DNA of 64,000 bases from Lama glama. Its lineage: Eukaryota. The DNA is taken from contig CM052833.1 of the NCBI GenBank assembly GCA_028534125.1, positions 3,534,001-3,598,000 on the forward strand, written 5' to 3'. Made by a program: the position numbers and the translations under genes. Shown here one piece after another: positions 38,790 to 51,755 of this stretch (the first letter of the stretch is position 1; every line of letters begins with the position of its first letter). The notes under the pieces were generated by a model. The model ran no database searches, was not told the origin of the DNA, and was given only the letters and a program-made list of their open reading frames with translations.

Positions 38790-40652
38790 AGTACAGTTTT
38801 TAGTAGCTAGAAAAAAACAAAGTACATGGATTCCTCTTCATCAAAACCCCAAGCCAATCATCAAGGTTCTGCCTTTGCCCAGGGAGGCAGTAATTCCTGC
38901 CTCAGCCCCAGCTGGAGGCAGACAGACAGCTGGGCAGGTGTATTCACCCTTCCTCTTGGCTTCTCTGTCCCTTACTCAGGTTCCTTCAAATCAAAGTGTG
39001 AGCTTGGTTCTCTGCAGAATTCAGCCTGCATGAACTTCACTGAAACACATCTGTGCACCGGTATAGCATCCCCCCAGCACTTTGGAACCACAGACAAAAC
39101 CAGAACCCACGCCCGCCATGCTGCATGGCATCAGCTGAGACTCAGGAAGGGTCTGGTCAAAACAGAAATGATGTCACTCAGACCATTGGGGCGGGATTTT
39201 AAAGGGGGCCTCCATTTTTTTCCAAAGAGGCTCAATATAAGAAGCACCCATTTTCGTAAGATCTGGGTGGATTTTTAAAACCTGTAGCTACATTTTCTGT
39301 GCCTTTGTATGATGATCTAAATAAATCAGAACCAAAATACTGGTTTCTTCCTCCAGACCACCTCAAAGGGATACCCCAAACAAAGAGAAACCTCTAGGTT
39401 CTAAGGCAGTGACCTCCCTTTACAATGAAACTACCAGGGTGTTTGAGGACCAGTTGCAGTAACAAATTCACCCCAGATGCTGGTCACTTCTGTTTCTTTG
39501 TTCCCTATCATCTGTCATGGTCCATATTTGTCTGATACTGTTTTGTGTCATTTTAATACTGCATATCACTTCCAATCATTTTAGGAAACAGGAAAAAGTC
39601 TAACCGCAGTCAGTCACTCATGGAGTCAGCCACTGCCTCCTGCAATCACACTTCACACACAATTATAGCCCTGGAGCCCCTCCCCACTGACAAGACCCCC
39701 TCTGGCCAGTGACACCAGCCTCCTCTCCTCCACCCTGACCTCTGAGCTCCTCCCCACCCAATTCCTCCTATATACCACCTCCAGAATATTCTTCCTCAAA
39801 TCCTATTCCCATCAGATCACTCCCCTGCTCAAAATCTGATTTCAATGATTTCCTTATTTTCTATTTAGTAAAGTAAGAAATCTCACTGTCTCCTTGTAAA
39901 GCCTGTCTACACAGTCTTTATTAATCATCTTTATCTGGGCAGCCCAATATTTTAGCATCGTGTTTGAAACTGACAATGAACCCTTGAAGCAGACAGCATC
40001 CTCTCCAGTTGACAGCTCAGAAAACCCAGATAATCCTCAGCCACACCACCCTCCTAACCCTGTCAGACCCACACCCACGTTGTTTCCTGCCTTGATCTTC
40101 TGTCCAAGTAGGTTGGATTCTCTTTGCTGCCAAACTGCCTTTACTCCTGTGCATGTGCATCTATGTATCTTTTCACCAGGGGCATCTTCAGCCCCTCCGT
40201 GTTACCTACTAAAATCCTTCCAGGCTCTGATCAAGCTGCGCAACTCCCAGACCTTTCCTATGACCAATTTATCTGTACATCCCAGGCCTGTGAATCCAAA
40301 CGGATTAGCTCTCTGCCCTCGCGGGGGAGCCCATCAGAACCCAGATCTGCCCAGTGTGGGGGCCATAATATCAACCCAGTCAGGAGTTAGGAGTGGGCCC
40401 AGTTAGTACAATTAAAGGGGAAGCCTTCTGGCCCCATCAAAACACCCATTTTCTTAAACTTTTCAGAGATCATCCTCAGTCTCCTTCATATTCTCTGGGA
40501 ATGACACAGTGCCGGGCACACACTGGGGCTCTGTGATTACTGGTTTCCTGAGGGGATGAGTCACCAGTTGTCTTGGTGTGGATCAGTCTAATCAGTCAGA
40601 TTCCTCTTTCAGCACTGGCTCTTGTGGGCCTGACTGCAGCTCCTCAGTCCTT

Positions 40653-40862
40653 CTGTGGCTCTTCTGGGGCCAGGTCTGCCCCCCAAGGGACACTTGTCAA
40701 TACCTGCAGGCATTTTTTGCCATCGTAAGCAGGGGAGTTGTTACTGATATCTAGCAGGCAGAGGCCAGGGTTGCCAGCAAACGTCCTACGATGCACAGCA
40801 TGACCCACAATAAATCAGTATCTGGCCCAAAATGTCAGTGCTGCTGAGGTCAAGATATTCTG
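40653..40862 (+). mobile_element. MER20 hAT-Charlie MITE
   Basis: tgccccccaagggacacttgtcaata...atctagcaggcagaggccaggg...ggcccaaaatgtcagtgctgctgaggt. Confidence 0.85.
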
Positions 40863-42210
40863 CTCCAGAGGGAACAAAACAACAAAAAAGGGGGAAGTGC
40901 CCCAAAGACTGAGGTCCTCTAAAAGAAGTGATGGAAACATCACAACATTAGTAGCCAGATCCGTCATAAATGCTTTCAACATTACGTGAATGATTTAACT
41001 CCAAAATTACACAGCACAGCCTCCCGCCCTGAGGCCGTCCCAGAAGCACGTGGTGGGCGTGGCAGACGCTCCGGAGTGACCACATCACAAATGACCGGGG
41101 CTGGCGGCCACACTGCTGCCTACTCACTTTAATCTCCCGTCCTCAAAGGTCATGAGTATTTTCAGACCTCTCAGCACACGCACATTATGGGCAGACTTGA
41201 TACAGGGTGCTTCCCGTGGGCAGAGCACTTCACTCGCCAGCACCCCCAAGCTGAGTTACAGGCTCAACTTTGTCCCTGTCACTCTCCAAGGGACTTATCA
41301 GGCCCATTATCCTAATTGGCAAATGATATGTAAGCACCAGAAGGTTATGCGTCTGCAATTGTATTTACAATAAAAGCTTAATCTCCAAAAGAAAACAGTA
41401 ATTCATTAAAACCGCCCTTCCCATCTGCCATTCCAGGACCCGAAAAAGAAATAGTCTGCTTCCTGGTGAGGCACAAATTAGCTGCCAGAGCATGAAATGC
41501 AGACAAAGCCAGACAAAGAAGCAAGAGATGCGTCCGCTCGGTTCCAGTCAAGTGTGGCCCTGGCTGCAGGCAGACTTGCTGCATCCCTGCCGCGTCTCTG
41601 GGGAGGGGCTGGGGGCGGAGTCAGCAGCCAGAGGGCCAGGGTCTGGGAAGGCAGGAAGCCGTTCTCCACTGTCCTCTGCTCAGGGCAAGCTTTGTTAGCA
41701 GATACTTCAGCTTTGGCCACCACCTCTTATCAGCACTTTAAGGAAACTTGAGAGGGATTCAGGAAGAAAAGGGAGATGATTCCGCGGTCTGATATTTCAG
41801 CTGGACTCTCACCATCATCCCAAACTCTGCTCCCTTACTACTCCGATGGATATATTAAGACCCACCCCGCGGCTGTGCACTGTGCTGGAAAGCCGATCAC
41901 AGCCGCCCCATCGCGTTCACACAGCCCTCACTGTGTGCCAGGTAGGGCTCTAAATACCTGGCATGGATCAATTCATTCCCCACTCCACCCGAGCAACCCT
42001 TGGACTGTCTCATTTAACAGGTGAGACGAGGGGCAGAGAGAAGGCACTAGTTCAAGGCCACACAGCCTTTTAGTGGCGGAGCCAGGGTATGAGACAGGTG
42101 ACCCAGCTCCATGTCCACCCTCCCACACGGGGCCCAGCGTCCCCGCAGCAGGACAACCAGCACTCACCTCGGGCCCCAGGCTGTGACGGAGCTTGACAGA
42201 GCTAGCTCAC

Positions 42211-42283
42211 CTGTAGGGGACACGGACGGCCACGAGCCATCTTCCCTGCGGCGTGGCGGGATAGTTCAGTAGAGCCCCAAAGT
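42211..42283 (-). other. Candidate 73-nt internal exon (unassigned)
   Basis: Minus strand: tgtctgtgtctgcctttgttgattccttctcag|ACTTTGGGG...CCCCTACAG|gtgagc; a second donor GAG|gtgagt lies 43 nt further on. No recognisable peptide. Confidence 0.25.
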
Positions 42284-44758
42284 CTGAGAAGGAATCAACA
42301 AAGGCAGACACAGACATGGAGCGGTGGGACCCCCGGCCTGCCTGGGAGGGCATCCGTGCCCAGACTCCCAGCCCGCCCTGTCTAGCAGGTGCACACAGGG
42401 ACGATCAGCCCCCGACAAGACCCACCTGAGGCCTCAGGAGATGAAGTGACCTGTTCAAGGTCACACTATGGTCAGTGGTGGATTCGGGGCTCAAGCTGGG
42501 CATGTCTGCTACACAGCTCCTGCTCCCAGGACTTCCAAAGATCCAGGACATGCCACCCTCAGGGCACTCCCCTGTGGCTGGAGACCCTGAACTTGCCTGA
42601 GCTCCAACTTCCTGAGTTTGCCACTGTCCCCAACCCCTCCTTTAGAACCTTCTGTTGTAAAGAAGCTTCCTGGGCAAGGTGGCCCCAACCTGGTACACGA
42701 CACTGCCCAGGTACCCACATGCCTCCTTGTGGGTCCACAATCCAGGCCCTTATGTACGATGAGGGCCAACCTTCAGCCAAGTGGCCTCTCTTTACCCGCC
42801 CATGAGCTTTCCCCTTTAAAAGTGGGTACACTCTGCCCTCATGCACCAAATGCCTCTGTGGTACACAAAACCTACTCCATGGAGAGGCCCTGAACTTGGT
42901 GATGGCAGTGAGGCATCCCCTCCCTGAAGTGCTGGCAACCTCATGTGAACCCAGGCCTTGTGCTCTCGGGGAGAGGCTCCAGCATCAGAACAGAGCCCTT
43001 ACTGATGACTACGAGTTCCTAGCTGTCTTCCCTCCAACTTCCAAGTTTCCAATGCAGAGGCAACAATCATTACTGGTGAATATTCACAGACTACCTTCCA
43101 CGGGCAAGAGGAAAGGAAGCTAAGGCAGTGTCTTTCCCTGTCCACGGAGGTGGGCTATTGATCTTTCCAAGTTGGCTTCACTCATGAGTGACACGTGATT
43201 GATCCATGTGGTCCAGGCATTATTTTCCCCCAAATTTTGCAATCTCTCCATCAATTTTATTATCTGACTAGTCCAGGTCCAGAGTTTATTAGTTGAATAA
43301 CTCCCTTCCTCCCCCTCAGGATGCTCTAAGTGGAGAGTCACGCCAGGTGTCACAGAACCACCATCACTGGTGAACATGTGTCCTCTGCTACATCAGTCAC
43401 TCTCAAAGGGACTTTTCTCAAGCAAGTTTGGGGAAAATGCCTTCATCTCAAAACCATGTCTTGTTCACACCTTGATACACAAAGCAGCTGAGGTCAGGGT
43501 GATGTGCCAAATTGCTTTTGTTATATTATTCAGAAATATCAAAGGTACAGAACGTGCTCCCAGAAAGTCAAAACCAGCAGCCCTCGGCACGATGGGCATC
43601 ATGCACGCCGAGCAGGACCCCAGCCCTGGACCCCCAGCCCTGGAGCCGGTTCCATCTCCTCCTCCACAGCAGCGAACCAAGAGGGCCTCTGGCTGCATGC
43701 CCCGGACAGAGTCACATTTTATTTTAGACTCACTCCCTCTCTTTAACCTCAAATACTCCAGCCTTAAAAAGAACAATGCTCAGGGCATCTCCAGTTTTAA
43801 TTTAGCCTGGCGCAGCCTCACTGCTTTGAGGGAAGAAAGGCAGGAGCAGCTGCCTGTGTGCTGCGCTCTGGACACGTCATCCCTTCCTTCCGTGGACACA
43901 GCGCATCTCTCTAAGCCGCTTGACGATGCAGGTCTACGCCCCCAGGAGAAGGGTTAGGGAGAAGGTGCTCAAACCCCCAACCCCTTAGCCCCATTAGCAG
44001 AGACCTTCTCTGCCTTCTCTGGGGCTAAAGGGGGTCCAGGATAACGTGTGGTCTTTCCCGCCTGAGTTCAGAAGCACACGGGGAAAGAGGCACCCCGGGC
44101 GGACTAACGGAGCCGCACCGCGATGTGGCTCAGGAGACAGCTGGCCTGGCAGCTGGGGCCAGAGGGCTCCCTAATATTTCAGGGAAAGATCACTGGCCCA
44201 CCGCAGGGGCAGGCTGCAAGCCCACGGCAGATCAAAGACCTGGAGGATCCTCAAAATCGAACACTCAAAGAAGAGGGAGAGGCACCCGCTCACTGCCTTC
44301 TCCCCACCCACCCACGAAGGGGGACAGCAGAGGCCACAGTGTCCTCCTGGGGAGCTGAGCAGAATCCCCTGCTCTCTCTGGCAGTAGGGAAAGTGGGACA
44401 CAAGGGTTCCCCTGAGATGTACTCACATCAGAGGAAAATGCAAATCAATGCCGCATCATCCAAGGGGCTGTGCGTACATTTTTAACAAACAGCGCCCCAG
44501 AAGAGAACAGTAACAGTAACTAGGTAAGTTTGCTTGGAAATAAGGAGGTGATTTCTTCAATTCTTGGCTCTGGCAGTGTTGCCCTCCTGAAGTATAAGGT
44601 AGGAAAAAAAAAAAAGAAAGAAAGGCACCTTGCAAGATCAGGCAGGAATGGAGGGCTGCCTGCCCCACTCTGTCATCCTGGGTCTTTCCTGGGTCTGAGC
44701 TATAGTCTTAAGAACACACTGTGTTCTGTTTCCAGCTAAGAAACAAGAGACCAAGGGA

Positions 44759-45216
44759 TGTAACCAAGCAGGACCCCGTGGGGCCTTCCCAGGACAGACC
44801 TTTCCCACCACGTGCTCTGCTGTGGCTCCTCTCTGAAGTACTCAGACAATAGTTATCTCATGTATATTTCCTGAGTTTTTTCCGATACTAAAAACCACCA
44901 CTAAAGGGAGCAAATTAATCACTTGATGATCATGAGCACGCAGCCCCCAGACTTTCTGGTGCCTAAGGATTGATTATCATCAAGCAATCAGAGATTTGTG
45001 CACGAGCTGATCGTGTACCCTGCAACTCCCCTCCCTTACCCGCCCTTTAAATATGCTTTCCTGAAACCCTCTGGGGATTTTGGGGTATTCTTGGGTATGA
45101 GCCACCCTGTCCTTCTTGCTCAGCCCTGCAATAAACCTTTCTCTGCTTCAAACTCCAATGTTTCGGTTTGTTTGGCCTCACGGTGCATCGGGCACATAAA
45201 CTTGTATTTGGTAATA
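44759..45216 (+). mobile_element. ERV1-type solo LTR (458 bp)
   Basis: TGTAACC...GGTAATA termini, 4-bp TSD GGGA (44755-58 / 45217-20), TATA-like TTTAAATA ~45046, AATAAA 45130-35; homologous to 48897-49351. Confidence 0.9.
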
Positions 45217-46836
45217 GGGAGGCATGTGGAATATCAAGGAGTTTTGTTTGGTTTTTCTCTGCTTAGTTTGGGCCTTAAATCTAGTTTATGAATCAGGGAA
45301 AAGTCAGAAAGACATGGTGTGCTACAGAGTCAGGATGAGAGAAATAAAGAGTATAATTAAACTTTTATGAGCAAATATCCTTGGAGAAAAACGCAACAAA
45401 AAGACAAAAGATTTAAGAGAAAGCCCAATGTGGCCAAACTATTAAAAAAAAAGACCCTCCCCAAAATACTTTTTAAATGTATACAGAGAATTTTCCAATT
45501 TTTAAATGAACTATGTCTCCAAGTTCAGGTGGGGAAATTGAGGCTCAGGGCAGTTCTATGATTGGCTCCTAGAAGCCCCAGACTCCCTCCTCTTCTGAAA
45601 CTCCTCCACCCCAGAGAGAGGAATGTCCCTACTCCTGCCCTTAAGGTCACACAGCATCACTGGGAAACAGGACATGGACAGATCACACACCTGGAGAAGC
45701 AAGAGGCAAATGGTCAGCATATTGTGCTAAAAGCCCTGGGGACATGAGGTGGGTGGGCTGGAACCCCTCCAATGGGAGATGGGAGATGCTTGAGATGAAG
45801 TTCAGGAATCCAGGGGACACAGCGCACATCTCAGCAACAGATCCAGAAGGCAGGGCAGAGTTGGAAACTTGAAGCACATAGCTTCTAGTTAGAATCAAGA
45901 GAAGAGGGAACCGCTTCATGTTTCTACTGCACTCACCATGTGCCGATTTATTCCCTTTATAGCACTTACCACAGTGGTGGCATCCAGGAGGCATTTCATA
46001 AACGCTGGTGAGTTACTGTCTACGTCAGGTGGAGAGCTGGCTATCTCTCATGCTACAGTAACAGAAATGATACTGATGTTTTCAACCCCACCCGTAAGAT
46101 GCTGTCTATTTCTGGCAGTAGCAGCAACAAAGCTCATGCAAAATCCTGCCAGATGCCAGGTTCTTGACCTAAGAAAGCCTCCCGGCGCATCAGTCCTTCA
46201 GCAGCTCCTAAGGGAAGCATGAGGGTCTCCGTTTTTGGAGAAGTCAGTGCCATGTTCCAGGTCTAGCTGTCTGACGATGCTTAGCAGAATCAGAATCCTG
46301 CCTCCCATGGCTCCTCCCTTACCCCTCACTGCCCCTCAACCAGGACACCCTCCCCAGAAGAGGCACCAACACCCTGAGCTACAGTCTGGGCCCCAGACCT
46401 GAGCAGGACATCTCCAGGGCACCTGCTTTTTTTTTTTTTTTTTTTGATTTCTTATTTTGTCTTCTAAGCCATTGGGTTTAAGAAAGATGAAAACATGCCA
46501 AAGGAGGATTACATAAAATAAAAACTCGTATGTTTTAAATATTTAATCTTGGATTCTAGGCACAGCCTCATTTGGAGGTGACATCACGAATTCCTCCCCC
46601 AAGGCCCAAGTCAGCAGCCTCCTGCCCTGACCATGAGTGAGACCCCCACATTCCCCCAGCCCCCCCTCCGAGGCAGGTGCCACAGCCTGCAGCCCCCTAA
46701 GAGCCCCAACAAAGTCCAGATCTCAAGTCAGACACCAGAAAGGACTGAACCCCAAGCCTTGGAGGACAGTCGAGGGGAGGCAGGGCTACAACTAGAAGCC
46801 GAGGCCAAGCTGCCCCTGAGCACCCCCATCCCAATA

Positions 46837-46850
46837 CCCGCAGGGGGCAC
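46837..46850 (+). promoter_or_regulatory. CTCF-like core motif
   Basis: CCCGCAGGGGGCAC, one mismatch to CCASYAGRKGGCRS. Confidence 0.3.
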
Positions 46851-48829
46851 ATCCCAGCACTCCTGCCCTGGAGAAGCCTGAGCTGTTCCGGGCAGTCTGT
46901 GAGGCCATCCCAACAGACACACGTCTCTTTAAGATTTCGCTATCTTCCATCGAAAAAAAAAAAAAAAAAAACCACAGCACAAATTTTATCGGTGATTCAC
47001 CCTGGCCTTGGCAATTCCTGGCTAGGCTGCTTCGTGGAGCACCTTTCCAGAGTCCCTAACGGGCTGGTCATTGCTTTCACGGCTTTCCGATGAGCTGTAC
47101 AGTGCTCCAGGGCACTCTGCAGAGCTTGCCGGTGGCCTTGGAGCCAATGCCTGGTGAAGGGGGCAAGGGCTTGGTCAGCCCATCCTTGGCCCCCACATGA
47201 CCCTCACCAACCCCAGCACCCATGCCCCATGCCCAGACGCCCTGAGTCGCCCGCTCACTGCAGGGAGATGAGGGGCAAAAGAGGCCCACGTGTGACATCA
47301 TGGGACCGCTTTTTACTGTAACTTGGGTCAAACAAGTCATTTAAAAAATCCTCCAGATCCTGGGTTATCGGACAGAACTACTGCCATGTGTGTAGGAGAA
47401 GTTTACCATCACTAGTATGGTTGCTGTAAACAAACACATTGCCTGTATTTTTAGGTGCAATTGGAACAGCTCATCTCTCTGAGCATTTTTGTAAATATCA
47501 ACTCATATAGAACTTTTTTTTTACTACTTTTTAGTGCTTAGAGCATAATGTTTCAACTTTAAAATTACTACACAATGTAACTAGCCCTAGGCATTATGTC
47601 ATCGTGTTTTTGTTCCTTTTCACACGTTTGACTGTCTTGTTTGCTTTCTGAGACGCTTCAGCCTCCACTTTCTCAGTGCCTCCAGGAGAGCACGATCTGG
47701 GAACACAAAGGACGGGGGAGGGAGACTGCCTTCACTATTACAAAACCCACTGGATTTCAGTGAAGATGAGAGTTTTCCAGTAAACATGCTGTCCAATGCT
47801 TGCCAAAACTGGAGCATTCTGAAATGTATGAAAACCAGGATAAATGAAGAGAGAGGAACCACAAAAATGACCCCGATGCCACTGGCTAAACAGGAACCAG
47901 GGACTCACTCCAAATGGCCCTTCAGGTCTTGGTGTGGCCAACTCCATTGTGTAACATCAAAGGCAACGTCCACGGAAATTTACTGCCCTGCAGTTTCCAA
48001 TCGGTCTGCCAATCAGAAAAGGACGGCTGGTAAAACATGCTCTAAATACATTGGTTGGGTGTTAGCTGCATTTCATATTTATGAATTCCACAATTTCTGG
48101 CTGTGGTTTAACATTTAATACAACTCTGCGATCCAGTTCTAGACAAGGAATGTAGGGTCCTTCAAGAATTGGAGAGAAGACATGCATTTCATACACATCA
48201 GTTCTATCTATGAACGAATCAAATACTCTAAAGGTAGTCCCCTTTAAGAGCCACTCGATAATCACATTTCGATGCTGCGCTCACAAGCTGTAAAGCAACA
48301 AAACACAAACTCTGCGATGATGGTGATATTCCAGGTGCCCCAGGTGCTTGTGTCAGGCAGCATGCTTGGACCTGTTCACACACTATCTCCAAGAATACTT
48401 ACATCATCACCAGGAGGGAGGCACCAGGACCCTCCTTGTCCTCACTGTCATAAATAAACAGACAGTCCTAAAAGACTTGGGCAACTTCCTCACAGACACA
48501 CCGAGGCAGGGCTGGCATTCAAAGCCCAATTTGTCTGATTCTAAAGCACACACCTGTTCTTTGAGCCCGCAAATCAATACCCAATATAAGCTTTGCTTTT
48601 AAACACTGGAGCCAGTGAAATAGTTATTTAATCCTCTAATGATGCTCTAAGGAGATATTACCATCCCCTCTTGATACATGAAGACACTGAGGTTCAGAGA
48701 GGTGAGGTTACTTGCCTAAGGTCACACAGCTTCTCAGAGGGCAGGTCTGACTCTAGGGCTGTGTTCCCTTGAAGGGCTCAGCAGACTCCTGGAGCATAGC
48801 GAGTGCCCAGCTAGTGTGAGAGCAGGCAG

Positions 48830-49525
48830 CAGAGCACAGTGGTGGAACACAAGGCCCGTGGAGTCAGGAAGACCCGAGTGAGCATCTCAGCTCTGTTGTT
48901 ACCGAATGCAAATCCATGTGCCCAACGCACCATGAGGTCAAAGAAACCAAAGTGTCGGAGTATGGAGCAGAGAAAGGTTTATTGCAGGGCCGAGCAAGGA
49001 GGATGGGATTGCTTATACCCAAGAAAACCCCCAAATCCCCGAAGGGTTTCAGCAAAGCATATTTAAAGGTCAGGTAAGGGAGGGGGATCGTAGGGGACAT
49101 GATCAGCTCATGCACGATTCTCTGACTGCTTGATGGTGATCAATACTTAGGCATCAGAAGATCTGGGGGCCACATGCTCATGATCATCAAGTAGTTGATT
49201 TCTTCTCTGTGGTGGTGGTTTTTTGGCATTGGAGAAACTCAGGAAATACACATGAGATACTGTTGTCTGGGAACTTCAGCGAGGAGCTGCTGTAGAGGAC
49301 ATGGGGGAGGGGTCTGTCCTGGGAAGCCCTCCAGAGTCCTGCTCAGTTACACTGTCATTCCCCCAGAGACCTTGCCCAAGTAATCAGAGCATGAGTGCCT
49401 CAGTCTCCTCATCTGTTAAATGGGAACTGCAATCCCCCTCAGAGGTTATGGTCAGGATTACAGGAGATGGTATCTGCGGAGGGCTTCGCTCAGGGTCTGG
49501 TGGGAAGACAGTTCATTTAATGCTT
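48830..49525 (+). mobile_element. MIR SINE split by the LTR insertion
   Basis: 5' part gcacagtggtggaacacaaggcccgtggagtcaggaagacc...tctcagctctg; 3' part gaccttgcccaag...gtgcctcagtctcctcatctgttaaatggg. Confidence 0.7.
48897..49351 (-). mobile_element. ERV1-type solo LTR (455 bp), same family as 44759-45216
   Basis: TGTTACC...GTTACA termini, 4-bp TSD CTGT (48893-96 / 49352-55), TTTATT poly(A) signal on the plus strand; colinear with the other LTR. Confidence 0.9.
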
Positions 49526-50729
49526 AGTGGAAACTTCCCTTTCTGCTCTGGAAAACTTTGTCAAAAGTAACAGAACAGGACTTTTCTATTGAATAGTGAA
49601 TCAGATGTGGATTTGAATACAACTTTGCCATTTAGCTCTTTGCCCCTGGGTGAGCTACCAAAGCTCTCTGAATCAGTTTCTTCCCCTGTAAAGTAAGGAT
49701 AATGAATGTGTCAGGAGGATAAATGGAATAACCTACATTAAGCGCCCTGCACAGAGCAGCTGCTCAATCGTGCTGATGGGGCCGGAGGATGACTCAGTGC
49801 AGCACAAACCCCCAAAACGCGCCGTGAAGCCGGTGTTTGTCCTCCTCCCTTAGACTCAGGTGCCGTGGCAGGGGGAGCGTCATGATTCATAATGACGCCA
49901 ACTCTGCTTTGAGACAAAATCTTCAGACCCAAATCCCTGTGCTCCTTCTATCCATCCATCCATCCATCCACCTGTCCATCCCCAGGTGACATCTAGGGCA
50001 CACTGCTCACCCACGCAGGAAGAAGCCCACCAAAGAACAGGGGACACTAGGACTAGAAGGGCTCTCAAAGCCTCCATATGCCGCCCGCACAGGGCGCCCA
50101 CCAGGCCTTGGCCACACACCGCGTTCTGAACAATCAGAGCCAGCACTCCCCATTGGGGCACACTCCACCGCCAGCCATGGGAGGATCCACGGATCGCCCT
50201 TCACGATGCTTCACGGGCTTCTTCATTTGTTCTTCGACAGTTGTCATCCACTTCTTACTTCTGAGGCCAAGAGCATCCACCCCAACCCCTCAAAGAAGTG
50301 AAGCAGGCTCTGTTTCATAGAGCAGGCATCTATCAGGTCATTAGCCCCAATCACCACCATCTTACATCCATCCTCAGGACCCAGACTGAAGGTTCATGGC
50401 TCCATGGAGACCCCAGACCACCCAGGGTGGGGGTAGCGAGTGGCCCCCCCAGACCCCATACACATCCCCCTGCCTGGCACCGAGCCACCGGAAACCATGC
50501 ACCGTGCATTTCCAGCTTCACACCATACCCCGCAGAACCGAGAGTCCTCCCGGAAACACTCTTTAAAGGACATCCTACCCCCTTCCACGGCTTCTTTCCT
50601 TTCTGTTTACTTTCACATTCTATTCACTGCCTTTTATTCTTCTTCCTGAGAAAATACCAAAGAAACCCATTTCTGAAGTAAACAAATTAAATTTAAATAT
50701 TTGTCAGTTTTACAATCTCCTGAGTGGCT

Positions 50730-51755
50730 CTTTTGGGTTCCTGGACAGCAAGCAGTTCTCAAACTACCAGACAGGTGTCCTACAATTCAACTCAATTCTG
50801 ACCCTATCTCCCTACAAGTAGTCCTGCAAGGCCGCCCCCACCCACTTCAGAGGCCAATCACAAGTCCAGGCTGTTACCCCTGCTTCTGATCAACCGACTG
50901 GCAACAGATCACAGGTTCCAACGATCCCCTCCTTGCATCTGATTACTCTGCTAGAGTGGCTCCCAGAACTCAGAGAAACATCTCACTCACTAGATCACCA
51001 GCTTATTACAAAGGGATGTAACAGCCACATGGATGAGATGCTCAGGGCAAAGCATGGGGAGAAGGCGAGGCTCTTCCATGCCCTCTCCAAGCCTGCTGCT
51101 CTCCCTGAATCTCCATGTGGTCACCAGCCCAGAAGCATTCCGAACCCCATCCTTTTTGAGTTTTTAATGGAGGCGCCATTACATGGTCATGATTAACTGA
51201 TTAAATCCCTGGCCACTAAAGATTTATTCAACCTCTACCCTTTCTTACCTCCCTGAAGGTCAAGGGGGTAAACTGGAAAGTTCCAACCCTCTAATCACAT
51301 GGCTGGCCCTGCTGGCAACCAGTCCCCATCCCAAGGTGTGGGTCCAGAAGTCACCTCATTATCTCAACAAAAAACACCTTTGTTGCTCTCAAGAAATTTC
51401 AGAGGTTTTAAGAGCTCTGTGCCAGATGAAGATCAAATAGAGATTTCTTAATTATAAATCTGTGCTCTTTAAAATTAGCATTTTCAGATACACATATCTA
51501 TACATAAAACAGATAAACAACAAGAACCGACTGTACAGCACAGGGAACTGTATTCAGTTTCTTGTAATAATGTGTAGTGGAAAAGAATCTGAAAAGAAAA
51601 TATAAATATATATGTATAACTGAGTCACTTTGCTGAACACCTGAAACTAACATTGTAAACCAACTACACTCCAATAAAAAATTAAAAAATTAAAATTAAA
51701 AAAAAAGAACTCAAAAAACAAATACACATTTCTTAACAGAAACCACAGTATTGCA
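50730..51755 (-). mobile_element. MER21-like LTR
   Basis: ggtgtcctacaattcaactcaattctgac...gctagagtggctcccagaactcagagaaaca...aaagttccaaccctctaatcacatgg...agagctctgtgccag; terminus resumes after the L1 insertion (ccacagtattgca). Confidence 0.8.
51484..51718 (+). mobile_element. L1 3' tail inserted in MER21 terminus
   Basis: gtacagcacagggaactgtattcag...ctgagtcactttgctgaacacctgaaactaac...caataaaaa; 18-bp TSD CAAATAGAGATTTCTTAA (51434-51) / CAAATACACATTTCTTAA (51719-36). Confidence 0.85.

Noticed and set aside
43370-43957. Longest gap-free ORF (195 aa); also 23481-23978 (165 aa) and 52965-53396 (143 aa)
   Set aside because: No recognisable domain, non-ATG or weak starts, and lengths expected by chance in 64 kb of moderately GC-rich DNA.
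44998-49115. Two homologous ORFs (MHELIVYPATPLPYPPFKY... / MHELIMSPTIPLPYLTFKY...) suggesting a duplicated small gene
   Set aside because: Both lie inside the two LTR copies, start at GTG or within U3/R, and span the TATA and poly(A) signals; the similarity is LTR homology.
44759-49351. Single provirus or composite transposon bounded by the two LTRs
   Set aside because: Opposite orientation, different individual TSDs, and no PBS or gag/pol/env sequence seen between them.
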